In this document: positions 9,986-19,460 of the stretch, one piece after another
Numbering within the stretch: position 1 is the stretch's first letter
Layout of the letters: each line of letters begins with the position of its first letter
Virus record (IMG/VR): IMGVR_UViG_3300005663_000028
Location: 96,001-160,000 of that record
Direction: 5' to 3' (one strand)
DNA length: 64,000 nucleotides
Source of the DNA: a virus
Program-made: the position numbers and the translations under genes
The notes under the pieces: model-generated
Told to the model about the DNA's origin: nothing
The model's database searches: none
Seen by the model: the letters and a program-made list of their open reading frames with translations, nothing else

Positions 9986-10740
9986 GTTTGTATTCCCATA
10001 GCTTTTCTAAACATTTGTCCGAGTAGGGTGGAAGATTCTAGAAGCTGTTCGCGATTCATTGTTAAGGATTGGGAATTACCCTGCTTGAACATTTGATGGA
10101 AAAGCATTGTACCCAAAGAATCCTCGGAACAGTATTTATCAATTGATTCTTTCCCATCAAATCGGAAGGCTTCCCAAGAAGGAATTTGCATCAAGAGACG
10201 ATAATCCAAATGGTGATATTTCTTTCCCTTAACCGCCTGTCTGATAGTGGCTGGACCTAGTGATCCCCATGTGAATATGTGTTTTGGTGAATGAAGATTC
10301 AATTGATACTCAATGACCGAGACGGCTTTCGAGATCACCTCACCGCGCTGCGTAGAGAGTAGGAACCCGCATTCCGGTTCTCCGTAGTTAAGGCCGGGAG
10401 ATGCTGTTGCTACTAGATCGATTCCATCTTTCAGAAAATCATACAATGGCTTTAGGCTTTTAAACAGTATTAGGTCCGAGTCAAGCCAAATTCCTCCGTG
10501 TTCTCTCAACAACATATATCGAAGATAGTTCGATCGATTATTTATTTGCGATATTTGGAAGAAGGTGTCTGATATATTTGGTAGAAACTGTCTGACATTT
10601 TCAGTAGTCACCATGTGGATATCAAAATCTCCTTGGCAGTGTCTCCTGATTGTCTCTAGACACAACTGGATATAAGCAGGTGATTCTGTTGCTGGTGGAA
10701 TATTATCCCAATATAGCCAAATTTTAGGTTTTTCCATCAT
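9982..10740 (-). CDS. capsular-polysaccharide-synthesis/DXD-type glycosyltransferase (GT32-like)
   Basis: KIWLYW, RSNYLRYMLLREHGGIWLDSD. Confidence 0.85.
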   Translation of the reverse strand: MMEKPKIWLYWDNIPPATESPAYIQLCLETIRRHCQGDFDIHMVTTENVRQFLPNISDTFFQISQINNRSNYLRYMLLREHGGIWLDSDLILFKSLKPLYDFLKDGIDLVATASPGLNYGEPECGFLLSTQRGEVISKAVSVIEYQLNLHSPKHIFTWGSLGPATIRQAVKGKKYHHLDYRLLMQIPSWEAFRFDGKESIDKYCSEDSLGTMLFHQMFKQGNSQSLTMNREQLLESSTLLGQMFRKAMGIQT

Positions 10741-11312
10741 CTCATCACCGACTGAAGGAGAACGTTGCGATGATCACCCATGTAAATATTCATATTCTTG
10801 ATTCCCATCGACTTCATCTTCTCCCTCAGTTCACCTTCTTGGTGTTTAGCACTAGGTGATTTCCGGACATCAAAGTCTATCAATAGCGACTTAACCATAT
10901 TATACTCGCCGGACTCAAGCAAATTCATAACAATCTCGCATTCACTTCCCTCTGCATTAATTTTCAGGAAAACCTCATCTCCCACAAAAATGTTTTCTCT
11001 GAACCATTCAGACGCATTAATAAATTGACATTTAGTAATACGTGGTTCTGGGTTACAGGTGGTTTCATAGTCTAGATGAACGCTAGCTCCCTGCGACCCC
11101 TCGTTGTGTAAATCCATTTTGCACGTCTCTGACCACAATCCAGCTTTGACGATTGTCACTCTTGGATTATTCTCAAACTTGCGATCCAAAATGTCGTGAC
11201 ATATTGGAGAAGGATCAAATCCAACAATCTTGTCGACCTTGAATCTCGGACTCAATAACAACTCTATCGTCTGCCCAATATTACTGCCTACATCTAGAAA
11301 TACTCTTGCCAT
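10737..11312 (-). CDS. FkbM family methyltransferase
   Basis: VFLDVGSNIG, GFDPSP, FLKINAEGSE. Confidence 0.85.
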   Translation of the reverse strand: MARVFLDVGSNIGQTIELLLSPRFKVDKIVGFDPSPICHDILDRKFENNPRVTIVKAGLWSETCKMDLHNEGSQGASVHLDYETTCNPEPRITKCQFINASEWFRENIFVGDEVFLKINAEGSECEIVMNLLESGEYNMVKSLLIDFDVRKSPSAKHQEGELREKMKSMGIKNMNIYMGDHRNVLLQSVMR

Positions 11313-12155
11313 CTACTTTCTCCAATCAAAATATACAAAGCGAGCCAGAAATACGTCATTGTGAATATGAAATGCGAACTTGAGTTTCGACAGCAGTCCC
11401 GCTACTTGCAATTGACGAAAAGCAAATTCATGATTAGACGGAACACCCTCCCTTAAAAACTTACCTATATTATCATACAGATTACCAAATTGGTCCATAA
11501 TCTCTGAACCACCAAAAAACCAATAATCCGCCAATGCTGGATAGTGTGGAGTGTGAGGATAGCCAGTATGTGTATGTCGAAGTTCTTTGTTTTCTTTCTT
11601 GTCCCACCCGTGAAAAAACCAGTCTGCATGACGTATTCCTTGTCCGTCGGGCATTTTCATTACACACCAATTACTAGCGTAGAAATGATTCTGGTCAAAC
11701 TGATCAAAATGGACATCCACCATCCACGCAACATCAAATCTACCAATCATAACCATATCATATTTGAATTCATGCTCCATTTCATACTGCTTCTTAAGTT
11801 GCACACACCTCTGTATGCCATACCATCTGGCAATCGTAATCTGGCTTTTGGAATCTATTTTGTCTGAATAATTATTACCAACCTTGGCTCCGATAGTGTT
11901 GAATCTTGGATCAGATTCAAATATCGTTGCTTTTGGATTGTAAGCAGCAACTAGGTCTTGTTCTGCATCGACACTGGGTGTATGTATGAAGACATCAACG
12001 TCATTATGAGCTAGTATGTGTTTTCGATAATGCTCTAGTCCTTTTCTCCATTCGACAGGTGTACGTTTACCAGATTTGCCATCCCACATCTGACCATTAA
12101 CTGTTTTTTTGCCCGGATGCAAAGCCATTCCTGTTAAACACAAGGCTATTTTCAT
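11313..12155 (-). CDS. conserved glycan-locus protein (MKIALCLxG family)
   Basis: MKIALCLTG, VDVFIHT, YDMVMIGRFDV, ADYWFFG pattern recurrent in polysaccharide loci. Confidence 0.55.
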   Translation of the reverse strand: MKIALCLTGMALHPGKKTVNGQMWDGKSGKRTPVEWRKGLEHYRKHILAHNDVDVFIHTPSVDAEQDLVAAYNPKATIFESDPRFNTIGAKVGNNYSDKIDSKSQITIARWYGIQRCVQLKKQYEMEHEFKYDMVMIGRFDVAWMVDVHFDQFDQNHFYASNWCVMKMPDGQGIRHADWFFHGWDKKENKELRHTHTGYPHTPHYPALADYWFFGGSEIMDQFGNLYDNIGKFLREGVPSNHEFAFRQLQVAGLLSKLKFAFHIHNDVFLARFVYFDWRK

Positions 12156-12165
12156 TGCTTCACTC

Positions 12166-12912
12166 CTATTTTTTCTTTAATTTTCCAAGATTAGTTTTGT
12201 CGACAATAATTGATGAAGTATCAACTTGTTCTGCAACATTTTTTTGTATTTCTAATCTCATCCATTCTTTTTCTCTTTTTATTATGTCTGCTGGGGTAGA
12301 AGGACTACCACACCTCTCGTCTAAAGGTAAGTTGATAGCTATAAATTGTCTTTTTGAGAGTATCGTTAATCCAGCACGTCTATTACCCATTCCCCATGGG
12401 AAGTCGATAATATCATAACTACCGTCATAGTATTTAGTTCGTAGGTCAAGAACAAATTCGCGACAGCCATCTATACGAAGCGTGTCGTGGAATGCAATCA
12501 TACCTGTTGGCGAAAGCAATGGATAGATAGTGTCAAAATCATTCTTAAGTCCAGGATATGAATGACACCCATCTATAAAAGCGAAATCTATTACGGGGCA
12601 TTCTGACAATAATATTTCTTTGAATTTTTGCGTTGTGGTGTCAACTTTATGGAGAGTAAAGTTATTATGCCCTTCTTCCACAAGTATTTTTTCAACAGAT
12701 TGTTGAGAATATTGCATTTGGAATTGTTTGTTTAATCCATGAGTACCCCAAAGATCAAACCCATACACATGTCCGCTGGTTTCTTTGGCCGCTTCGCATA
12801 GGTATTTAGTTGTTCCACCCCTAAAAACACCTATTTCTACACAAACCTTATATCTGTTAAATATTATGAGTTGCTTAATGAACACACTTTCACTTCTAGC
12901 ATGTTCTTTCAT
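12166..12912 (-). CDS. class I SAM methyltransferase (Methyltransf_24-like)
   Basis: CVEIGVFRGGTT, IDFAFIDGCHSY, LSPTGMIAFHD; likely start MKEH at 12912. Confidence 0.85.
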   Translation of the reverse strand: MKEHARSESVFIKQLIIFNRYKVCVEIGVFRGGTTKYLCEAAKETSGHVYGFDLWGTHGLNKQFQMQYSQQSVEKILVEEGHNNFTLHKVDTTTQKFKEILLSECPVIDFAFIDGCHSYPGLKNDFDTIYPLLSPTGMIAFHDTLRIDGCREFVLDLRTKYYDGSYDIIDFPWGMGNRRAGLTILSKRQFIAINLPLDERCGSPSTPADIIKREKEWMRLEIQKNVAEQVDTSSIIVDKTNLGKLKKK

Positions 12913-14483
12913 GACAACCTTCCTTGTTCGTTCAGAAGATTCCACAACATAAGCTTCCCAAGATGAAACAACATTTCAGCATATGGTTGGTGATGCAATG
13001 ATGCTATGTTAAGATAAATCAATGCCGTCAATACTTTGACCTTATGGTGGTCATAATGATTGCGAATCAAATATTGTTTTAGCCATGTTTCACAGTCAAT
13101 AAGTGTCTGTCTCCTAAGTAGGTCAAAGTTAACCGTCGTACCATAAATGTCTATTTCATACAATCCTTGGTGAATGATTCCATGAGATACTATTAGTCCA
13201 TGCCATAGCTTTGCTAGGTCATAGTAAATGTCACCATAGTCCTTTAATCCACCAAAGTTCTGTCTCCAATCCAGTAGGCAAAAACCTTCTCCTGTGTCTA
13301 TGGTATTCTCAAAATGCAGATCGCCATGGAATCGTACCGGTATGCCAGTAGACATCCACGACCAATCTATCCGACCTAGTAATTCTGCAACGGAAGGAAC
13401 ATCCACACCATTAATACATTGTCTAGAATCATGATAGCCAAATCGTTCAAAATAATCATGTATTCGTTGAGTGGTTTTATCCTTATAAAATTCTAGATAT
13501 ACTTTCTGGATTTCTTTTGTCAACAGTTTTTGTTCGCCCCAAAGACCCTCTAACCACGTTAGAAAATCCTTGAATCGTGATGTAGTAATAGTGTTGGACA
13601 AAACCCGTCCATCTACCATTGGATAGCAATACATACTAGCAGTACTTCCCTCAAGCTTTGGAACATACCCTTCTAAAGTATTGGCTCTTACCACTCTTTC
13701 TGCTGTGAAGTCTTGGTCTGTAGAGAATTTTATTACCCTACCATTGCAAAACCAAATATGTTCCTGTTCTTTCGGGAGAATATTTGGATCACCATCCCTG
13801 CTAAAAGTATCATTCGCATAAGCAAGAGCTTCTACTGTTCCTGTATCATACCAAGTAAACTTTTTACCTCGAACTGTCTGTTCTTTTACCATTCTTGAAA
13901 GGGCACCCGCTTCACCCTGACCTGTTCCACCAACAGTTTTTATAATTTTCATGTTTCCCCAAAAGGCTTTGTAATCATAAATACCACAAATACCAATATA
14001 GGCTTTAGCTTCAGTGTGTATACCCTTTTCCCCAACATCTTTCACTACAGTATCATCCCATGAATCTACCACAATGGAACGATAATCTTGACCAGCACGA
14101 ATATCGGCGTATCCCATCCAATCATGATCCGGTACTGGAACATCCTCGGTTACTATCGCATCATTCGTGAAGAAAATGAACGGACATTGCAATATTTCTT
14201 CGTAGTCACATAAATCAGATGTAAGACCCTTTCTATTAGCCCAAATAAATGTGAACTTGCGATCCGGATAAGCCAAAGTTAAAAACTCTTTCACCAATTC
14301 ACCCTTGTGTCCAAGATCAATGATCAATTCTATGTCTGGCGGAAACTTCTCTATGATGTACGATATAATAGGACGGTTAGCTACGGGGACCAGGGTCTTA
14401 TTAACATGATCACAATGATTCCCTAAGCGAGAACCAACACCGGCAGTTGGTATCAGCACCTTGTACTTCTTATTCTCTTCCAT
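12909..14483 (-). CDS. nucleotidyltransferase fused to choline/aminoglycoside-kinase-like domain
   Basis: N-terminal LIPTAGVGSRL...NKTL (NTP transferase); C-terminal RFHGDLHFEN...LLDWRQ...YDLAKL. Confidence 0.85.
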   Translation of the reverse strand: MEENKKYKVLIPTAGVGSRLGNHCDHVNKTLVPVANRPIISYIIEKFPPDIELIIDLGHKGELVKEFLTLAYPDRKFTFIWANRKGLTSDLCDYEEILQCPFIFFTNDAIVTEDVPVPDHDWMGYADIRAGQDYRSIVVDSWDDTVVKDVGEKGIHTEAKAYIGICGIYDYKAFWGNMKIIKTVGGTGQGEAGALSRMVKEQTVRGKKFTWYDTGTVEALAYANDTFSRDGDPNILPKEQEHIWFCNGRVIKFSTDQDFTAERVVRANTLEGYVPKLEGSTASMYCYPMVDGRVLSNTITTSRFKDFLTWLEGLWGEQKLLTKEIQKVYLEFYKDKTTQRIHDYFERFGYHDSRQCINGVDVPSVAELLGRIDWSWMSTGIPVRFHGDLHFENTIDTGEGFCLLDWRQNFGGLKDYGDIYYDLAKLWHGLIVSHGIIHQGLYEIDIYGTTVNFDLLRRQTLIDCETWLKQYLIRNHYDHHKVKVLTALIYLNIASLHHQPYAEMLFHLGKLMLWNLLNEQGRLS

Positions 14484-14823
14484 AATCATCCTCCAACCTC
14501 ACAACATCATCTAGTTCTGTTGTAGAACATTCAAGATAGACGGCAGGATGATCAGGGAAACTAAATGTGAGCCCACCTTTCATGCGATGATTGACTCCTG
14601 GAAGAATAGTTATATGATCTCCCTTGGTTAGCGTAAGTATTTCATGATCAAAATAGATCAATAGCACACCACTCAACACATATATCGTCTCGGTCTTATG
14701 TTTATGGTATTGCTTGCTACAGCGTTTACCTGGATTCATACACAATCTCTTGACAACGTACTTATCTCCAACAAAAAGTATCTCTTCTTTCCCCCATGGC
14801 TTTTCTATCGTTTTCATTTCAAC
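14470..14823 (-). CDS. cupin-domain protein (mannose-6-phosphate isomerase type II-like)
   Basis: KPWGKEE, SKQYHKHKTETIYVLSG, PGVNHR. Confidence 0.8.
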   Translation of the reverse strand, partial: VEMKTIEKPWGKEEILFVGDKYVVKRLCMNPGKRCSKQYHKHKTETIYVLSGVLLIYFDHEILTLTKGDHITILPGVNHRMKGGLTFSFPDHPAVYLECSTTELDDVVRLEDDYGRE

Positions 14824-15811
14824 ACCCCAAAGATTCCAAGTAATGATCAATCACTCTCGTTATCTCACAAAGAATACCTTCTCTCACATCGCATTCTTCT
14901 GCAAGTTCACTTATCAATCGTTCATATAAAGGTTCATGGTAATGATAATGACCGGCTACCAAGGCACATAAGTATTGACCTTCCCAACTGTCAATCCATT
15001 TTTTCCAATTGTCATGATGAACTACACGACACACGAATCCCCTAGTGTCTATACCATAAATAAGAGCTTGAGACAAAACATAGTTTGTTTGTACGACACC
15101 CAACTGTGGTGCGATATTAACTGCATCTACTATTCCACGACGCCGCACTATCTGTTCTCTGGTTAAATAGTCGGCATTGTGCTCTTTCAGTTTTGTACCA
15201 CAACTTTTGAGAATTTCGTGCATCTTGCCTACGCTGTCTGTATTAAATGCACCAGTATTACGTGTTTCACGAACCAAACTCCCAGTCTGCACGACGTAAA
15301 AGACAGGGTTGGCCACTTGCTGGCACGCCTGTACGTCTTCTCTGATCTTGTTTACATCTAATTCTGCTATACCAACATTGTCGTCGGTACCTATTTCAAA
15401 CATAACGTCAGACCTAATATTCTTGGCAAATTTCATAAGTTCAACAGTTCGGTTAATTTTTTCTTGATGAGACATTTTAGCATGACACAGATCAATATGA
15501 ATTAGATCAAATCCGTTTTCTAGATCACACCTAATTGTATCCCTAACGGATTGTATCGTATCATCTTTTGGTCCGAATCCGGGTCCACAGTGATCGCGAC
15601 AAATGGTTACGTTAGATTTCGGGTACTTTCTTTCTATCTCGGCAATATAGTTCATATACTGTTGTGTGGTGAATACATATCCGCTATTTTTATCTACTTG
15701 ATTTCTAGAGCATATCAGCATCAATGGCTTACACCGAGTTTGTGAGCAATAGAAAACTGCCTCAATGATTTCCTTACTCATGGGTCCGCAGGCTAGCTTA
15801 GATATCGACAT
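14819..15811 (-). CDS. tagatose-bisphosphate aldolase GatZ/KbaZ-like TIM-barrel protein
   Basis: LICSRNQVD, CRDHCGPG, GFDLIHID, KEHNADY, VNIAPQLG. Confidence 0.7.
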   Translation of the reverse strand: MSISKLACGPMSKEIIEAVFYCSQTRCKPLMLICSRNQVDKNSGYVFTTQQYMNYIAEIERKYPKSNVTICRDHCGPGFGPKDDTIQSVRDTIRCDLENGFDLIHIDLCHAKMSHQEKINRTVELMKFAKNIRSDVMFEIGTDDNVGIAELDVNKIREDVQACQQVANPVFYVVQTGSLVRETRNTGAFNTDSVGKMHEILKSCGTKLKEHNADYLTREQIVRRRGIVDAVNIAPQLGVVQTNYVLSQALIYGIDTRGFVCRVVHHDNWKKWIDSWEGQYLCALVAGHYHYHEPLYERLISELAEECDVREGILCEITRVIDHYLESLGC

Positions 15812-16212
15812 TTTAGAAATTCATCCCCTTCCATTCCTTTGTTTCTTTCTAAATTAACACAAAGTGCCGTGTCAACACCTTTTCTTTCTGGTTTAACGTC
15901 GTTTATAACCATTCTCGGTCCTCGTGGCAAATCCATGATTAAATGATTCCACCACAATCCTGCCTTGCGCATCTGATCTTCTGTTGTCTTACGCATGCTT
16001 CCTGGCCTTCCAGTGGTTATGACAAGGGTATATCCTTTATGGCCCCATTGTTTGAACGCCTCTTTTACTCCGGGCAGCAATTCGCACGAATTAGACATAA
16101 TTGCACCTATGTCACCTTGATGCTTAAACACACAACCGTCTAAATCACAGAAAATTGTTTTAATATGTATCGCGTGATCAATCTGTGTCACTTTAATCCT
16201 CCCCGTCACCAT
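15793..16212 (-). CDS. HAD-superfamily phosphatase
   Basis: IFCDLDGCV motif I, ITTGRP, INDVKP. Confidence 0.8.
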   Translation of the reverse strand: MVTGRIKVTQIDHAIHIKTIFCDLDGCVFKHQGDIGAIMSNSCELLPGVKEAFKQWGHKGYTLVITTGRPGSMRKTTEDQMRKAGLWWNHLIMDLPRGPRMVINDVKPERKGVDTALCVNLERNKGMEGDEFLKCRYLS

Positions 16213-18511
16213 CCGGATTATTAACCAGATTCATAGCCATCCACATCTTGTCTAGCGCGACGACCCCGAGGAAATCAAATTTAACAGCACCCATCTTCTC
16301 TGCATCTGCCATTTCCAAACCAACAACACGATCCTGGGTTTTCGCATCATAAACTAACGGAACCAGTTCTTCGATTGGTCTATCCGCAATAACTACACCT
16401 GCTGCGTGTCTAGATTGTGATTTTTTAGTACCTTCAATTCTCATAGCTTGGTCAAAAAGAGGCTTATACCATTCATAAGCTTCCTTAACGTATTCAACAT
16501 TGTGAACGGCCCATTGCAAGATACCATAATCATCACCGAACTCTTTGCGGGCTTCTTTTAATTCATCGGCAATTGACGCATCATCTGGCATATGTTTAGT
16601 AATGTCATTACATAGGTCGTGTGGAGATATGCTAATGTCTTTTTCATCGTTACCCTCTTTTACAGCCCTTACCTTCATCAAATGCTTAACCGTATCCGGA
16701 TTCGCACGGAATACTTCTTTTAGGGCGGCTTTTCCCTGAAGTCGTCCAAAGGTGATCATCTGAGCAACATATTCGTCACCCCATCGCCCTTTAAGGTATT
16801 CAATAACCCTGCCACGAAAAACAACTCCGATATCTGTATCGATGTCAGGGAGACTAATGTGACCATCGTGAGTCTTCACTTTTTTCGCAACATCCAGTTC
16901 TTCTGGCCCACATATTGTTATTCCAAGACCGTATGCTAGATGTGAATTTGACGGATTGACTGCTGGCTCAAGCTTGATCATATCGTACAAATACATCCAC
17001 ATCCTAGAATTATTCTTATCTATCCATTCAACCTCTTCCCTCATCGTGTCGGTAAACTTGACAGAATCACGATCCCTTATGTGTCTTGCTAAATGCTTCG
17101 ATACCGACTTCCTTTCTTCGTCTATATCCCTGGTGTGGAATAATTCGAAATTCTCCGACATCCAGGATACGAAGTCGGTTTGCCCGACATCGAAGTGGGG
17201 TGGAATGTTGCGACTTATATTATAAAACCGCTCAAAGTATAGTCCGTATTCGATTGGATCAATGCCAGTGATGCCCGTTAGATAGTTTACCAACGACCCA
17301 GCCCCAGAACCACGCCCCTTGCCACGGGGTCCATTATTTTTATCGATGAACTGACAAGCGTCCCAAACGATAAGAAAATAGTCTGCCAACCCAGCTTCCC
17401 TGACAACAATTAATTCTCTTTGCAGTCTTTCCCAGTATATCTTTTTCTGTGCAGGGTCCAGGTGAGTCAATTTAACCCCAGCGCCTTGAATACAAAGATG
17501 TTTGAGATATTCATTTGAGTCGAGTCCCAACTTTTCTGATTCATCATTTGTAAAAACTGGTAGATATGGACTATGCCCCATTGGGGAGTACTCTATTTGA
17601 GCGGCAATGTCTAGTGTGGTTTGCAGTTCTTTCTCTGTAAAGTGTTCTCTCATTTCTGCATAAGACGGAATATAGTAGTTGTCAGAGAGAAAGAAGTCCA
17701 TGACATCTTGACCTGTAGATATTTTGTAATCCTGAGCTTCTTTTGTCGTATGTAAAAATGCATAAAGCAAAAGTCTCTGGTCCTCAGCATCTTCTTTTCT
17801 ACAATAATGAGCATCAATAGATGCAACTGTCGGTACTCCAGTTTCTTCACTAAGCTCTCTTAAGCAGTCTAACACAACTGCTTGGATTCCCATGCCGGAA
17901 TTCTGAAGTTCAAGAAAATAGTTGCCTTTTCCAAAAACAGCGATATGTTTATGGATAATTGCTTTACCAACTTCTTTCCAATTGGGTTTTAGGTGTTGTC
18001 TAGACCCAGCAGCGTTTCCGTTTCTACCAGCCATGATCGCTTCTTTGAAGTCTGTGAACAATGCCATAGGCAATGCCCCGGCGATGCACGCTGATAGGAA
18101 TATCAGATTACCTCGTTTTGCAAATGGGGCTATCCCAGCTAAATCAATGCGCGGCTTGCGATAGAAATGATGGGGCTGATTAGATTCACTAACTAAACCC
18201 ATTAGGTCTTCGATTCCCCGGTCGTTCTTTGCCAGAACTATTAAGTGGTTCCGTTTGTTGTTGTCGTTGTTTTTGATTGTTGGGTCTTGTTCACAAACGT
18301 ACATTTCGATGCCTAAAATGGGTTGGATTTTCTGTTTTTTGCATTCGTCATAGAATGTTTTCATGCCTCCAATTCCACCATGGTCGGTAATCGATGCTGC
18401 TGGTAAACCTAGTTCTACACAACGATTCACAATGTCCTTGGGAGAACTGAGTCCATCCAGAAGGCTAAAAAACGAATGGATATGGAGTGGCGCATATGTT
18501 TTCTTTGACAT
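16193..18511 (-). CDS. dnaE: DNA polymerase III alpha subunit, N-terminal fragment (PHP plus palm/thumb)
   Basis: LHIHSFFSLLDG, ITDHG, GIEMY, DAHY (PHP); GRGSGAGSLV, SLPDIDTD, RHAAGVVI, KFDFLG; ends right after KFDFLG. Confidence 0.95.
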   Translation of the reverse strand: MSKKTYAPLHIHSFFSLLDGLSSPKDIVNRCVELGLPAASITDHGGIGGMKTFYDECKKQKIQPILGIEMYVCEQDPTIKNNDNNKRNHLIVLAKNDRGIEDLMGLVSESNQPHHFYRKPRIDLAGIAPFAKRGNLIFLSACIAGALPMALFTDFKEAIMAGRNGNAAGSRQHLKPNWKEVGKAIIHKHIAVFGKGNYFLELQNSGMGIQAVVLDCLRELSEETGVPTVASIDAHYCRKEDAEDQRLLLYAFLHTTKEAQDYKISTGQDVMDFFLSDNYYIPSYAEMREHFTEKELQTTLDIAAQIEYSPMGHSPYLPVFTNDESEKLGLDSNEYLKHLCIQGAGVKLTHLDPAQKKIYWERLQRELIVVREAGLADYFLIVWDACQFIDKNNGPRGKGRGSGAGSLVNYLTGITGIDPIEYGLYFERFYNISRNIPPHFDVGQTDFVSWMSENFELFHTRDIDEERKSVSKHLARHIRDRDSVKFTDTMREEVEWIDKNNSRMWMYLYDMIKLEPAVNPSNSHLAYGLGITICGPEELDVAKKVKTHDGHISLPDIDTDIGVVFRGRVIEYLKGRWGDEYVAQMITFGRLQGKAALKEVFRANPDTVKHLMKVRAVKEGNDEKDISISPHDLCNDITKHMPDDASIADELKEARKEFGDDYGILQWAVHNVEYVKEAYEWYKPLFDQAMRIEGTKKSQSRHAAGVVIADRPIEELVPLVYDAKTQDRVVGLEMADAEKMGAVKFDFLGVVALDKMWMAMNLVNNPDGDGED

Positions 18512-18512
18512 C

Positions 18513-19460
18513 TTATTTCTCCTCAGGTTTTCCTATTGCAAGCTGACCTTCATAAGTCAAATTAGTGTAACGATCTTCTATGTATTCACTTCCCATTGTG
18601 TTTAAGTCCGACCAAACCCTATTGCAAATGCCGTTGTTGTTGAATGAACACATCTTGCAAGTCCAATGTCTATTTCTCAAAAGCAATGTGTCCTGCTTTA
18701 CCGTTGTGAAAAATCTATGTAATACCGCTACAGTCCTAGCCAAATCATCTTGAGAAAATGCTACTGTTACTGGCCCACCGTCGTTTGCATAGTAGAATGT
18801 AACGATTATGTTTTTGTATTGAGGATACAGAAAATACGCCGCCAAGTGATATAGTCGAGGCTGCACTTCTTTTGTAAGAACTTCTTCATCTATGTCTTCT
18901 TGTGTGTGAAAGTTTTTTCGATTACCAGTTTTCCAGTCCACAATTTCAATCGTTTCTTTGTCGATTTCTTTAACTAGGTCAATAAAGCCTCTCGCAGCAA
19001 ACTGATGTTTATTTCCATCTTTGTCAGTACATTCCCATTCTTCTCCTGGCATCTCCATTGCAAACCATTGTTCGATACCTATTGATTCGTTATCATATGG
19101 ATTGTAGTGTTTATCAGCTAATATTGTTTCTAAGGCAACCCTACACTTTTTGTGGTCAGCGGCTTCCTTAAGGTCTCCAGTTTCTTTATCTATACGAGTA
19201 GTCACCCGTCTAATCGCAATTTCAGGAGATTCTGCTGTCAACTCATCCCAGGCCCGATCCAACAACCACATTGGGTCAACATTAGTCTTGCCTCGCCTTT
19301 TCAGTTGACACATCCACTCAAGGGTTTTATGAACAATGCTTCCTTGCAGAGCCGCCAACCCAGTTTTAGTTTCCATCCCCAATATATAATGAAGAAAATA
19401 AGCAAATGAACAATGATAGTACATCCCAATTGCGCTGGCGCTGCATTTTGTTATTTTCAC
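18513..19460 (-). CDS. PD-(D/E)XK exonuclease, Cas4/AddB-like with Fe-S cysteines
   Basis: GSIVHKTLE, RGFIDLV, IVDWKTG, QPRLY; N-terminal C plus C-terminal CKMC...C. Confidence 0.85.
   Translation of the reverse strand: MKITKCSASAIGMYYHCSFAYFLHYILGMETKTGLAALQGSIVHKTLEWMCQLKRRGKTNVDPMWLLDRAWDELTAESPEIAIRRVTTRIDKETGDLKEAADHKKCRVALETILADKHYNPYDNESIGIEQWFAMEMPGEEWECTDKDGNKHQFAARGFIDLVKEIDKETIEIVDWKTGNRKNFHTQEDIDEEVLTKEVQPRLYHLAAYFLYPQYKNIIVTFYYANDGGPVTVAFSQDDLARTVAVLHRFFTTVKQDTLLLRNRHWTCKMCSFNNNGICNRVWSDLNTMGSEYIEDRYTNLTYEGQLAIGKPEEK

Noticed and set aside
6400-16300. Trans-splicing split intein joining the DnaE halves
   Set aside because: DnaE-N ends in NNPDGDGED with no Cys-initiated Hint block, and DnaE-C lacks an IntC ending in HN/C.
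18513-19460. CRISPR-Cas locus suggested by the Cas4-like gene
   Set aside because: No repeat-spacer array or cas1/cas2. Solo Cas4-like nucleases are common in phage replication modules.
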